Source: Flavobacteriales bacterium (GTDB lineage: Bacteria; Bacteroidota; Bacteroidia; Flavobacteriales; Flavobacteriaceae). From it: a stretch of 64,000 nucleotides of DNA. The stretch covers positions 30,678-94,677 of the forward strand of contig JBBSOQ010000010.1 of the NCBI GenBank assembly GCA_038259585.1. Direction: 5' to 3'. A program made the translations under genes and the position numbers. The notes under the pieces are model-generated. The model was not told where the DNA came from, ran no database searches, and saw nothing but the letters and a program-made list of their open reading frames with translations. Of this stretch, positions 1-9,757 are shown piece after piece (position 1 is the stretch's first letter; every line of letters begins with the position of its first letter).

Positions 1-3
1 GAA

Positions 4-1053
4 TTATTCAATAGCCCTCAGACTTTCTATGTCTACAATGCGAATGTCGCGGCCTTCAATTTCAATAATTCCATCTTTTTTAAAATCGGAAAGTGTACGG
101 ATTAAGCTTTCGGTTGCTATTCCAGCTGTAGTGGCCAAATCGTTTCGGGAAATTCGAAGCGGTGCTTCAGGTTTCTTGTTCATAATATCAACAAACTGAA
201 GTATCGTGCTAGCTGTTTTCTTTCGTACTGAACTGTACGCCATTCTCACTAATTGTTGCTTTATTTCAGAAAGATTATCAGTAAGCATGTTCATCAATTC
301 CAAAGAAACATCTTGGCTTTTTTTAAGAATGTCCTTTACATGGTTTTTTGAAATGCCCACAACTTCAGTTTCTTCAACCGTTGTCGCGGATTCATTATAA
401 GGAATATTATCATCAAAAGAAGTGAAGCCTAAAAAGTCATCTGCTTTGTATAATCCTGTAATCAATTCCTTTGCGTTAGCATCCATAGTGTGTGTTTTAA
501 CAACACCTTTTAAAATAAGAAACAAACTGTTTGAGTGATCGCCTGTTCGGTAAATTGTTTCGCCTTTTTTATAAATTGATACTTGCCCTTCATCGCAAAA
601 AAAATTTTTCAATTGATTCAGGTTTTGGGGGTTTTCATCTTCAATTGAATTAGCTGCTTGATTTTTATCACGCATAGCAAGAATGCTAGCTTTAGCTAAC
701 CTGCTTTCTATGGCACTTATCAATTCCTCTTCATCAAAGGGTTTGGTTAGATAATCATCAGCGCCCATATCCATACCTCTTCTAATTTCCTTATGCTCTG
801 TTTTGGCTGATAAAAAAATAAAGGGAATATGCTTGGTTTTTTCTTCTAAGGATACTGCTTGCAAAACCCCATAACCGTCTATTTCAGGCATCATTATATC
901 ACAAACAATGACGCTTGGATTTTCTGTTTTTGCTTTTTCAATCCCAATTTTACCATTAGGAGCGGTGAAAACAGTGTAGCCTGCAAGTTCCAAAAGTTCA
1001 GCCGTATTCTCTCTTAATGCGCTATCGTCTTCTATGAGAAGTATTGTTTTCAT
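4..1053 (-). CDS. Response regulator: REC domain fused to cNMP-binding-like domain and Crp/Fnr HTH
   Basis: REC motifs LLIEDD, CDIMMP, SAK; C-terminal Crp/Fnr region with recognition helix GIATESLIRTL; 1 nt from the upstream kinase. Confidence 0.9.
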   Translation of the reverse strand: MKTILLIEDDSALRENTAELLELAGYTVFTAPNGKIGIEKAKTENPSVIVCDIMMPEIDGYGVLQAVSLEEKTKHIPFIFLSAKTEHKEIRRGMDMGADDYLTKPFDEEELISAIESRLAKASILAMRDKNQAANSIEDENPQNLNQLKNFFCDEGQVSIYKKGETIYRTGDHSNSLFLILKGVVKTHTMDANAKELITGLYKADDFLGFTSFDDNIPYNESATTVEETEVVGISKNHVKDILKKSQDVSLELMNMLTDNLSEIKQQLVRMAYSSVRKKTASTILQFVDIMNKKPEAPLRISRNDLATTAGIATESLIRTLSDFKKDGIIEIEGRDIRIVDIESLRAIE

Positions 1054-1054
1054 T

Positions 1055-2287
1055 TTATTCTAAATTTTTTATTGGAAAAGAAATTGTAAAAGTGCTGCCT
1101 TCCCCTTCTACACTTTCAAACTTAATTGTACCGCCCAGATTCTCTAAGTGACTTTTTACGATATTGAGCCCAATACCCGTTCCTTGATCTAAAAGTGCGT
1201 TCTCGGCTCTAAAATATCTATTAAATATATACTTCTGTTCCTTCTGGGGAATGCCCATCCCTTTATCTATTATTTTTATTTCAACAGCATCTTTCTTGTT
1301 CGCGACCACCACATCAATAGTTGTATATTCTGGTGAATATTTTATGGAATTATTTATAAGATTTGTAAGGGACAATTCTAGAATTTTTTCATCAAAATTT
1401 ATGGTAATATCGTCAATATTGCTGGGATAGTTAATTTTCTGTCCGTCTTTTAGTAGCATATTAGAGTTATAAATAACCTCATTAACCACTTTACTTAATG
1501 GAACATTGTCAAACTTATAGTTTGCTTTTCCAGATTCCAGCCGCTCAATAGAGAGGAAATCATTTAGAATGTTATTCAGGTATTTTACTTTACTCTGAAT
1601 GGTTTTTATATGCTTTTCCCTTTTATCTTGCTGGTCACTTTCTGTGTATTTTCCAGCTAAAGTTGCTGAAGTAAGAATGCCGCTCAAAGGCGTTTTAAAT
1701 TCGTGGGAAACCAATGAAAGAAACTTTGTTTTCAGCTCGTTAAGTTCACGTTCCTTTCGAAGTGATTCTTTTATTTTGTGTTCTGCTTCTTTTCGTTTTG
1801 CAACTTCTTCTTTTAAATCTTTTATGGTCTGATTAAGTTTTCTTGTGCGCTCCTCTATTTTTTGTTCCAAGTAAAGATTAAGAGATAGAATTTCCTTTTC
1901 TTGGTTTTTACGAACAGAAATGTCTGTCACAAGTGCCATTACATATTTACTGCCGTAAATTTCAAAAGGATTTAGACCGGCTTCTACAGGAAAAGTAGTT
2001 CCGTCTCTTCGTAAACCATACAAATCGCGCCCATGGCCCATCTGTCTTGGATCAGTTTTTTGCAAAAATTCGCCAACCTGTTTAGGATGATTACTTCTGT
2101 ATTCACGCGGAATTAAAATATTCAGACTTTCGCCCAAAAGTTCTTCGGGTTTGTAACCAAACATTTTACCCGCGGCATCGTTTGAAGTTACAATCTCTTG
2201 GCTTTCATTAACAATAACGATACCTTCCGAAATTGCTTCAGAAAGAATCTTGAAAATATTTCCCTTTTTTTCCTCAAAAACCTTCAT
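1055..2287 (-). CDS. PAS sensor histidine kinase, FixL-like heme-PAS
   Basis: PAS with NHPKQ...GHGRDLYGLRRDG; H-box LVSHEFKTPL; HATPase N/G boxes. Confidence 0.88.
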   Translation of the reverse strand: MKVFEEKKGNIFKILSEAISEGIVIVNESQEIVTSNDAAGKMFGYKPEELLGESLNILIPREYRSNHPKQVGEFLQKTDPRQMGHGRDLYGLRRDGTTFPVEAGLNPFEIYGSKYVMALVTDISVRKNQEKEILSLNLYLEQKIEERTRKLNQTIKDLKEEVAKRKEAEHKIKESLRKERELNELKTKFLSLVSHEFKTPLSGILTSATLAGKYTESDQQDKREKHIKTIQSKVKYLNNILNDFLSIERLESGKANYKFDNVPLSKVVNEVIYNSNMLLKDGQKINYPSNIDDITINFDEKILELSLTNLINNSIKYSPEYTTIDVVVANKKDAVEIKIIDKGMGIPQKEQKYIFNRYFRAENALLDQGTGIGLNIVKSHLENLGGTIKFESVEGEGSTFTISFPIKNLE

Positions 2288-2324
2288 TCACCAAAAGTAA
2301 GGATTTTAAACAGTTTTTGTTAAC

Positions 2325-2336
2325 TGATTAATGTCA
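2325..2336. promoter_or_regulatory. Fnr-like box TGAT-TAAT-GTCA between divergent kinase and TerB-like genes
   Basis: Centre 36.5 bp from + strand TAGATTTA (2360-2367) and 38.5 bp from - strand TACTTTTG (2292-2299). Confidence 0.7.
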
Positions 2337-2397
2337 TAAAATTGCCCGCAAAAACAATTTAGATTTACACCATTAGAAAACAAAAAGATATAGAATT

Positions 2398-2811
2398 ATG
2401 GGAGCCGTAGATAAGCCACAACTGCTTTTTTATCAAAAAATGGGAGAGCTCTTTTATGCCATTGCTGCGGCAGACAAAGTAGTGCGGAAGGAAGAATATG
2501 ACGAATTAAAAAAAATTGTTGCCAAGGAATGGAAAAATCTGGACGATTATGAAGATCCTTTTCACACCGATGCTGCGTACCAAATAGAAGTAGTTTTTGA
2601 TTGGTTTGATTATGAACAACTGGATGCAAATGATTGTTTTGAAAGCTTTGCTGATTATAAAACAGAATACCCCAATCTTTTTACCAAAGAACGAAATCAA
2701 CTTATTTGGAAAACCGCAAATGCAATTGCAACATCCTTTGCTGGTAAAAATAAAAGTGAAGTTATTATGCTTACCAAACTGAAAAATCTTTTGAAAGATA
2801 AAGTGGTTTAA
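2398..2811 (+). CDS. TerB-like/conserved hypothetical protein
   Basis: 137-aa ORF with AAADKVVRKEE motif resembling TerB-fold proteins. Confidence 0.5.
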   Translation: MGAVDKPQLLFYQKMGELFYAIAAADKVVRKEEYDELKKIVAKEWKNLDDYEDPFHTDAAYQIEVVFDWFDYEQLDANDCFESFADYKTEYPNLFTKERNQLIWKTANAIATSFAGKNKSEVIMLTKLKNLLKDKVV

Positions 2812-2873
2812 AAGATTATTTTCTCCCTGCTTAAAATTGTTTGCTTAATTTTATAAATCAATATCCAAAAACT

Positions 2874-3740
2874 ATGAAAATTCTTTTTCCTGCTCTTATT
2901 TTATTCATCTTTTTTGGTTGTAAAAACGATCCAAAAAAAGAAAGTATTGAAAATAACTCTGAAGTCAATGCTACAGAAATTGTAGATTCTTTAAAGGTTT
3001 CAAATAAAAATTTAGAAACTCAGCAAAGAACTCTTAACCTTAAACGGCAAGAACTTATAGAAAAGAAAGATGCAAAAGTAGAACTGGAAAAACTGCTAAT
3101 CTCAAAATCGTTTCTAAAAGAAGGCGATTGGTACACCCTCGATTTTAAATATCCATACCTCAACGAAAAAATAAAACCTCAATTCGAGAATTTCAACGAA
3201 TACATCAGTAAATATTATCTGGATGCTAAAGGCGTAGAAAAGCAGATTCTGGAAGAAAAACGACTGTGCGATTCTTTAGGAATTCCAAAGCAGAACGAAA
3301 AAAGATTGGTAGATTATAAAATCTACAATCTCAATGATAGACTCATTAGCGTTCTGTTTTACAAAGAGAATCATTACACTGGCGCAGCTCATGCGGCCTA
3401 TACTTTTGATTGTTTAAATTTTGATTTAGAACGAGCTGTATTTATGAACTACGAAGATTTTTTCAATAATGGTACTGAAGAAGAATTACGCGAAATTCTG
3501 AACACTCTTTTAAAAGAAAAAATCAATTCTGGGGAAATGTATTACGATTGCTGGGCTATCTCAGCAGATGACTTTTTCGATGCGAAAAATAATTTTGTTA
3601 TAAATGATAAAGTGGTGGAATTCTACTTTGACGATTGCGTCATTTGCCCGTCATACACTGGCACCTATTCCATTGAAATTCCCTTGGAAATGCTAATGCC
3701 TGTTTTAAGAAAATATAAAAAGAATCCATTACTTGGTTAA
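2874..3740 (+). CDS. Lipoprotein, DUF3298/RsiV-like
   Basis: Start moved to ATG 2874 (MKILFPALILFIFFGC lipobox); YTGAAH and C-terminal FYFD...SYTG motifs. Confidence 0.65.
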   Translation: MKILFPALILFIFFGCKNDPKKESIENNSEVNATEIVDSLKVSNKNLETQQRTLNLKRQELIEKKDAKVELEKLLISKSFLKEGDWYTLDFKYPYLNEKIKPQFENFNEYISKYYLDAKGVEKQILEEKRLCDSLGIPKQNEKRLVDYKIYNLNDRLISVLFYKENHYTGAAHAAYTFDCLNFDLERAVFMNYEDFFNNGTEEELREILNTLLKEKINSGEMYYDCWAISADDFFDAKNNFVINDKVVEFYFDDCVICPSYTGTYSIEIPLEMLMPVLRKYKKNPLLG

Positions 3741-3750
3741 AATCAATGCC

Positions 3751-4053
3751 ATGAAAAGCAATTTTAAAGACATAATAAATTCTGAGACTCCAGTATTGGT
3801 AGATTTCTTTGCTGATTGGTGTGGCCCTTGCAAAATGCTTGCGCCCATACTGAAACAAGTAAAGGATGAATTAGGAGACAGTGTGAAAATTGTAAAGATA
3901 GACGTAGATAAAAATCAGCCATTAGCAGCAGAGTTCCAAGTACGTGGTGTGCCGACGATGATTCTCTTTAAAAACGGAAAGCAACTTTGGCGACAAAGCG
4001 GGGTTTTGCAGAAAAACGATTTGGTGAATATTATCAATCAACATAAAAATTGA
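3751..4053 (+). CDS. trxA: Thioredoxin
   Basis: WCGPC active site; ATG at 3751. Confidence 0.95.
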   Translation: MKSNFKDIINSETPVLVDFFADWCGPCKMLAPILKQVKDELGDSVKIVKIDVDKNQPLAAEFQVRGVPTMILFKNGKQLWRQSGVLQKNDLVNIINQHKN

Positions 4054-4724
4054 TAAATCTGAACCAATATATTGACCACACCTTATTAAAAGCTACCGCA
4101 ACTCCGGATGAAATTGTAAAACTTTGCGATGAGGCAAAGGAATTTAATTTTTATGCGGTTTGCGTAAACAGTTGCAACGTCTTTTTGGCTGCAAATCAAT
4201 TAAAAAATACTGCCGTAAAAGTAGTTTCGGTAGTTGGTTTTCCTTTGGGTGCCAATAGTAACCATGCAAAAGTTTGTGAGGCGGAACAATGCATAAAAGA
4301 TGGCGCTGATGAAATTGATATGGTGCTAAACATTGGTTTGTTGAAAGCAAAGTTGCACAAATCTGTTCGTGAAGAAATTTTGGCAGTAAAAGAAGCGATC
4401 GGAACCCGAATTTTAAAAGTAATCCTCGAGACCTGCTATTTAACGGATGACGAAATACGAATGGCTTGCCAAATAACCAAACGTGCAGGCGCAGATTATG
4501 TAAAAACTTCCACCGGCTTCGGAACAGGCGGAGCAACGGAACACGCAGTAAATATAATGGTTAATGAAGTAGGCGACAGTTTAAAAATAAAAGCGTCTGG
4601 CGGAATAAAAGATGCCGTTACAGCTAAAAAATATATTGAGATGGGCGTGAGCCGAATAGGAACTTCTTCGGGAATTGGAATTGTAACATCCCCACAAAAA
4701 GACACAGATGAGCACACATATTGA
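4050..4724 (+). CDS. deoC: Deoxyribose-phosphate aldolase
   Basis: IDHTLLK, VVGFPLG, VKTSTGF, KASGGI motifs. Confidence 0.95.
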   Translation: MINLNQYIDHTLLKATATPDEIVKLCDEAKEFNFYAVCVNSCNVFLAANQLKNTAVKVVSVVGFPLGANSNHAKVCEAEQCIKDGADEIDMVLNIGLLKAKLHKSVREEILAVKEAIGTRILKVILETCYLTDDEIRMACQITKRAGADYVKTSTGFGTGGATEHAVNIMVNEVGDSLKIKASGGIKDAVTAKKYIEMGVSRIGTSSGIGIVTSPQKDTDEHTY

Positions 4725-5409
4725 AGCAAAGCCGGGTGAAATTGCAGAATCCGTTTTGTTGCCTGGCGACCCAATGCGCGCCAAATGGATTGCGGAAACG
4801 TTTCTTGAAAATGCGAAATGTTATAATGACGTTCGCGGCATGTTTGGCTATACTGGCACTTTTCAAGGAAAACGAATTTCAGTACAAGGCACTGGAATGG
4901 GCATCCCTTCAGCTTTAATTTATTGTCACGAACTTATTAATGATTATGGCGTAAAAAACTTAATTCGCGTTGGTTCTGCCGGATCCTATCAAAAGGATAT
5001 CAATTTGCGCGACATTGTGATTGCAATGGCAGCCTCATCCACTTCTGGCATTAACAACACGCGCTTTGTAAACTGTGACTTCTCACCTACTGCCGATTTT
5101 GATTTGTTTATGAAAGCTGCACTTTACGCAAAGCAAAACAATATTTCAATAAAAGCAGGCAACGTACTTTCCAGCGACCAATTTTATGAAGACAGTTTCG
5201 ATAATTATAAAAAATGGGCCGATTTTGGTGTGCTTTGCGTAGAAATGGAAGCCGCTGGGCTTTATACAATCGCCGCAAAATTTAATGTGAAAGCCTTGGC
5301 CATTTTAACAATTTCAGATTCCTTGGTTACAGGTGAATCTACTACAGCAGATGAACGTGAGGGCAGCTTTTCAAAAATGATTGAGATTGCATTAAATACC
5401 TTGCTTTAA
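4708..5409 (+). CDS. deoD: Purine-nucleoside phosphorylase
   Basis: LLPGDPMRA, GTGMGIPS, VEMEAAG motifs. Confidence 0.95.
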   Translation: MSTHIEAKPGEIAESVLLPGDPMRAKWIAETFLENAKCYNDVRGMFGYTGTFQGKRISVQGTGMGIPSALIYCHELINDYGVKNLIRVGSAGSYQKDINLRDIVIAMAASSTSGINNTRFVNCDFSPTADFDLFMKAALYAKQNNISIKAGNVLSSDQFYEDSFDNYKKWADFGVLCVEMEAAGLYTIAAKFNVKALAILTISDSLVTGESTTADEREGSFSKMIEIALNTLL

Positions 5410-5418
5410 AAATAAAAA

Positions 5419-5447
5419 AGCAGGAATTCAAAATTGAAACTCCTGCT
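5419..5447. terminator. Hairpin between convergent deoD and usp
   Basis: AGCAGGA...TCCTGCT stem with flanking A run. Confidence 0.6.
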
Positions 5448-5479
5448 CTTCAAAGTTAATTGATGTCGATAGCAACTAA

Positions 5480-6316
5480 CTATACTTTAAAAGTCATTAC
5501 CGGTAAATCTGAATGGTTTACCACATCTTCCCCAATACTTCCTGAGAAAAAGTGTGCCAAGCCTTGACGGCCTTGTGTTGGTAATGCAATTATATCTGCA
5601 TTGCTCACTTGACTGTAACCGAAAATTCCCGCTTCTACAGAATATTCGTTATATTGAATCACTGCATTCAAAGTTTCCAGTGGATTTGGCTCACCAGCAC
5701 TTTTCAAAAAGCTGAGAATTCGTTTTTCAATTTCACGAGTGCTTCGGAAATCGCCTGCAAGATTCACGTAAAGCATTTGCATATTTATTCTTAAAGTATC
5801 AAACAATTTTTGCGCACGCTTATAGGGGCCGATTGAGCTTTCCAAAAAATCACACGCAAATATTCCTAATTGCGGATTAAAATTCTCTGCGCGATGTTTA
5901 ATAACGAGTACTGGAATTTCAGAGGTTCTAACAACTTTTTCTGTGTTGCTTCCAACGAAAACTTCTTTTAATCCTGAGCTTCCGTGAGAACCCATTACAA
6001 TTAAATCTGCTTCAAACTCGCGAGCCACATCATTCAATTCACTGAAAATTTTATAATTATGTACGGCATCCGTAACCTTAATTCCTTCCAAATAGTCTTT
6101 GTCCAGAAATTCGATAAAACGTTTTTCAGCCAATTTCATATAATACATTGCTTCAAAAACTTCTTTGCTTTCATCGCGTGTTAAAACGGCATCACTAAGA
6201 CCCATCATATGAATTGCAACAATTTCAGCGTTTTGTTTTTTGGCAATATTTGCGGCAACTTCCAAAGCATACTCTGAATGTTTGGAAAAATCTACGGGAA
6301 CTAATATTTTTTTCAT
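5480..6316 (-). CDS. Universal stress protein (tandem Usp domains)
   Basis: MKKILVPVDFS start at 6316; VMGSHG..GSNTEKVVR motif; second domain ends DLPVMTF. Confidence 0.9.
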   Translation of the reverse strand: MKKILVPVDFSKHSEYALEVAANIAKKQNAEIVAIHMMGLSDAVLTRDESKEVFEAMYYMKLAEKRFIEFLDKDYLEGIKVTDAVHNYKIFSELNDVAREFEADLIVMGSHGSSGLKEVFVGSNTEKVVRTSEIPVLVIKHRAENFNPQLGIFACDFLESSIGPYKRAQKLFDTLRINMQMLYVNLAGDFRSTREIEKRILSFLKSAGEPNPLETLNAVIQYNEYSVEAGIFGYSQVSNADIIALPTQGRQGLAHFFSGSIGEDVVNHSDLPVMTFKV

Positions 6317-6326
6317 GATTTTAAGT

Positions 6327-6626
6327 TTAATGGGTTGTAAATTTTGCTTTTCGTTTTTTAAGCTGTTTTTCAATATCTGAGATAGTTTCTTTTGCGGCTG
6401 CTTCAAAAGTTTCTTTTGTTGAAGTAGCGAAAATTTTTGGACCTGGAAGACTAAGTTCCATTTCGCAAATATTGCCTTTTCCGTAATTATTGTTTTCAAG
6501 CTTAAAACTCACATCGGCTCTAATTAGCCATTCATACTTTTCTCCCAGTTTTTTGAGTTTTTTTTCTACAAACTCGTTCATGGCTTCGCTGGTGGGCATC
6601 TTTACATATTGTATGTTTATAGTCAT
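6327..6626 (-). CDS. hpf: Ribosome hibernation factor HPF/RaiA (short form)
   Basis: 99 aa with typical HPF pattern (EFVEKKLKKL...FEAAAKETISDIEKQLKKRK). Confidence 0.85.
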   Translation of the reverse strand: MTINIQYVKMPTSEAMNEFVEKKLKKLGEKYEWLIRADVSFKLENNNYGKGNICEMELSLPGPKIFATSTKETFEAAAKETISDIEKQLKKRKAKFTTH

Positions 6627-6683
6627 GATTTGTTAAATTGGTTTCTATTTTTCAAATATAGAATTTAATGAGATGTTTTAAAA

Positions 6684-6695
6684 TGACCAAAATCA
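6684..6695. promoter_or_regulatory. Fnr-like box TGAC-CAAA-ATCA upstream of hpf-usp
   Basis: Centre 36.5 bp from - strand TATATTTG (6653-6660). Confidence 0.75.
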
Positions 6696-6720
6696 TATAT
6701 AGAGTGATATTTTAAAAACA

Positions 6721-6746
6721 AAAACGCCCACTTTCGCAGGCGTTTT
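6721..6746 (-). terminator. Intrinsic terminator of the TBDR-lipoprotein operon
   Basis: AAAACGCC...GGCGTTTT stem just downstream of the stop at 6771. Confidence 0.7.
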
Positions 6747-6770
6747 AAGAACAATAAAAAACAACAATAT

Positions 6771-7625
6771 TTAAAATTCCAGTTCAAAGTAAAGACTACT
6801 TTCTGGGTTTGATTCTGTTACGTCTTCACCTTTTAAAACTTCACCACTTTGGTTCAGCAGTTTCAGGTTTACTTTCCAGTAACCTGTCATTGTTAATGAC
6901 AGTTTCCCATTATACATTTGGGTAGTCGCGTTATACGTTAAATCTACATTGTTAGGCGAACTGTGATTGCCCATTCCAGGCATTCTTGGGTCAACAGTGA
7001 TTTTATAATTTTCAACTACAGGGAAACTCATCATACTCTCCATTTTGTAAAGCACAGCCTCAAAATCATTGATTGCAACCTGTGGCGTTTTAGGGTTTAC
7101 GTAAGCCAAAACATATCTATTGTCATCACTTCCCATAAATACCTGCACTTTATTCAGCCCGTCGGCTGGTTGGGCTACAGAAACGCGGTGGGTTTCGGTC
7201 ATTGCTTGTCCATTCAAATTATAGTTGAGCGTTACATCCCAATATTCAGTGTCATTTCCTGGCATTTGAAAGACAATATGCCCCTTATAAACGGAATTGC
7301 TTTCAGCATTGGTCAACATACTGTGTGGTGCAGAATGCTCCATTGTTTCCATATGCATCATCGGCATCCAAGTTGCTGCAGCATTCGTAACGTATTTATC
7401 GCTAGCCATGTCTTTTATTCTGATGGAAATTTCATTATAACCTACTTCCAAAGCAGTCTTTTCTGAATAGATTTCTACGGAATGGTCTGCGGACGGAAAT
7501 TCATAAATTTTGTTCAAACCTTCTACAGGGTTTGCTTCCATTGGGGTTTCATCATTGTCATCAGAACAACTTACAAATGAAACCGACAGAATTAGGATTG
7601 CGAAAATATATTTTAGTGTTTTCAT
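6771..7625 (-). CDS. Met/His-rich lipoprotein, FixH/YtkA-like, likely copper handling
   Basis: Lipobox FVSC; WMPMMHMETMEHSAPHSM and PRMPGMGNHSSP segments; 10 nt downstream of the TBDR. Confidence 0.65.
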   Translation of the reverse strand: MKTLKYIFAILILSVSFVSCSDDNDETPMEANPVEGLNKIYEFPSADHSVEIYSEKTALEVGYNEISIRIKDMASDKYVTNAAATWMPMMHMETMEHSAPHSMLTNAESNSVYKGHIVFQMPGNDTEYWDVTLNYNLNGQAMTETHRVSVAQPADGLNKVQVFMGSDDNRYVLAYVNPKTPQVAINDFEAVLYKMESMMSFPVVENYKITVDPRMPGMGNHSSPNNVDLTYNATTQMYNGKLSLTMTGYWKVNLKLLNQSGEVLKGEDVTESNPESSLYFELEF

Positions 7626-7635
7626 AATTTTTTTA

Positions 7636-9675
7636 TTAATTAATTGAATAAGAGATTGTTAAATAAAAGTTTCTACCCATCCGTGGAATGTTGTTCCAAT
7701 CGGTATAGGAAGAGTAATACGTGTCAAGAATATTTTCAATTCCAGCTTTTACAAAAAGGTCATTTTCATTTATGAAAAATCGCTTCCCGAAACTCGCCGA
7801 AAGCGTAGCATAAGCAGCACTCTTTGTTTCGCCATACCTAGGATTGAAATTGATTTGCTCTCCAGCGCCATCAACGGATAGCGATGCAGAAAATTGGTTT
7901 TTATAAAAATCGAGGGCACTTCTATATGAAATTGGACTGATTAATGGCAAGTTTTCTCTTTCGTCGTCAATTCCGCGGTGATAGGAAATATTACTCGTTA
8001 ATTTAAACGCGTTTGAAATAGTATACTTTCCCGAAAGCGTTGCGTTGAAAAGCTGCGCATACTCCAGATTGGTATAAATTTTCACGCCGTCGGCGCCAAT
8101 AGTCATCGTGCTAAGCGAATTATCCACTACTCCAATTATATAATTAAAAATGTGGAAATAATTTGCGCCAGCAGTAATTTCAAAAATTGGCTTTTTATAG
8201 GTCACAGAAATATTGGCATCTGCAGAGCTTTCCGTATTTAAGTCTGGATCACCAATGTAATCGTGGTTATCAAAACTATTAAACAAATAAAACCCATACC
8301 CTTCTGAAACCGAAGGCGCGCGTTCGCCGTAAGAAACGCCACCGTTAAAATGAAAATCATTCAACATTTTGTGATATTGCGCAGAAAAGCTTTTCAAGAA
8401 ACGAGTGTTTGTACGATCCATTTCAGGGTAAAAGATTTTCAAACTATTCAACCCAAAATCGTCCGCAACCGTGTTTGAATGATACGCCAAACGTGTTGAA
8501 AGTTTCAGCGAAGCTTTTTCAAAAGCAATATGGTCTTCGGCATAAAATCCAACATCCTTTGTTCGCACATCTGGCCAAGTAAGCATAAACATTAACGGTT
8601 CGTTACTATCAACCGGATACATCGTCATTTCCGCATAACTCTTGTTATAAAACCCATCCAACTTGAAGAAAAAATGATTCTTCTCTTTATTGAAATAGGC
8701 TTGCGTATAAAACCCAGCAGTTTCACTCCATCCCGGCATATCCATATGTATTGGCACATCCGGACGTTTTGTATCGTCCATCACGTGCTTAATATCACTG
8801 TAATACAATTTAGATTCCCAATTGGTGAAATTGCCCAATAAGGTATCTTGATTAAAGCTCACCGAGCTAATCACAGCACGCGCTAAAGACACATCCATCG
8901 TCAATGCGGGATAGCCTACATCATTCGCTTTGTCATATATTAAAGTGGCAGAAATGGATTTATCGGCAGCCAATTTATAGCCAGAATTAATAGAGAAGTT
9001 ATACTTTTCAAATTGTGAAAAAAGCACTTCTTTATCACCTCCAGCATTATAGTTATCAGCTTTCCGATAGATTGCATCTGTATTCAGATAAAATTTTTCA
9101 TCGGAATAGTTTAGTTCACCACCAAAAACACGCATTGCGTTATTGCTTTCAAAAGCACTTTCTACAGAACCGTTCCAGCCAGTCGGTTTAAAATTGCTTT
9201 TGTCCAGTTTCAAGTTGATGCCACCGCCAATAGTGTTTCCAAATGCTGCGCCCTGCTGACCGGAACCAATCTGTGCTTCCGAGAGATTTGACACGTCAAC
9301 ATAAGAAGTTATTGGGTCCATTTTATCTGTACACGCGCCAAAAATCTGCATACCGTCAATGGTTACCGCCAAACGTTCCGAAGCCATATCGTTCATTGTT
9401 GGTTCCCAAGCGTAGGCACCGCGTTTCACCATATTGATGCTAAGCGATGATTCTAAAAATTCGTCTAAAGTAGACAAGGGTTTTCGCTGCTTTTGATGAT
9501 CCAGTTGCTTACCCGCCGAAATTACAATCACCTCATTGAGATGGATTAATTTCAAGCTATCTACAGGCGTTTCTTGGGCGTATAATTTCGGCATAAAAGC
9601 GCCGCAAAATAGTACACTCCAAAGGCAGCCCATAAGCATTCCCCGTGAAGGAAACACACTTATAAATGCTTTCAT
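7636..9675 (-). CDS. TonB-dependent receptor, OprC/NosA-like copper type
   Basis: Plug motif GACTDKMDP (CxxxM) and barrel KHVMD (HxM); C-terminal GRNFYLTISYSIN. Confidence 0.85.
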   Translation of the reverse strand: MKAFISVFPSRGMLMGCLWSVLFCGAFMPKLYAQETPVDSLKLIHLNEVIVISAGKQLDHQKQRKPLSTLDEFLESSLSINMVKRGAYAWEPTMNDMASERLAVTIDGMQIFGACTDKMDPITSYVDVSNLSEAQIGSGQQGAAFGNTIGGGINLKLDKSNFKPTGWNGSVESAFESNNAMRVFGGELNYSDEKFYLNTDAIYRKADNYNAGGDKEVLFSQFEKYNFSINSGYKLAADKSISATLIYDKANDVGYPALTMDVSLARAVISSVSFNQDTLLGNFTNWESKLYYSDIKHVMDDTKRPDVPIHMDMPGWSETAGFYTQAYFNKEKNHFFFKLDGFYNKSYAEMTMYPVDSNEPLMFMLTWPDVRTKDVGFYAEDHIAFEKASLKLSTRLAYHSNTVADDFGLNSLKIFYPEMDRTNTRFLKSFSAQYHKMLNDFHFNGGVSYGERAPSVSEGYGFYLFNSFDNHDYIGDPDLNTESSADANISVTYKKPIFEITAGANYFHIFNYIIGVVDNSLSTMTIGADGVKIYTNLEYAQLFNATLSGKYTISNAFKLTSNISYHRGIDDERENLPLISPISYRSALDFYKNQFSASLSVDGAGEQINFNPRYGETKSAAYATLSASFGKRFFINENDLFVKAGIENILDTYYSSYTDWNNIPRMGRNFYLTISYSIN

Positions 9676-9707
9676 TTTATGATAGTTTAGATAATTTAAT
9701 AAGAATT

Positions 9708-9745
9708 GTCATCTTGAAATATTCCGAGGAAATCTCAATAATGAC
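9708..9745 (-). other. Imperfect hairpin between leader ORF stop and TBDR start
   Basis: GTCAT..TTGAAAT.TTCC / GGAA.ATCTCAA..ATGAC complementarity. Confidence 0.4.
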
Positions 9746-9757
9746 CGTTGCTATAAA

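Noticed and set aside
6317-6499. Usp reading frame stays open upstream through hpf (possible HPF-Usp frameshift fusion)
   Set aside because: The extension looks like an off-frame translation of A-rich hpf codons. A canonical MKKILVP start exists at 6316 and I saw no slippery site.
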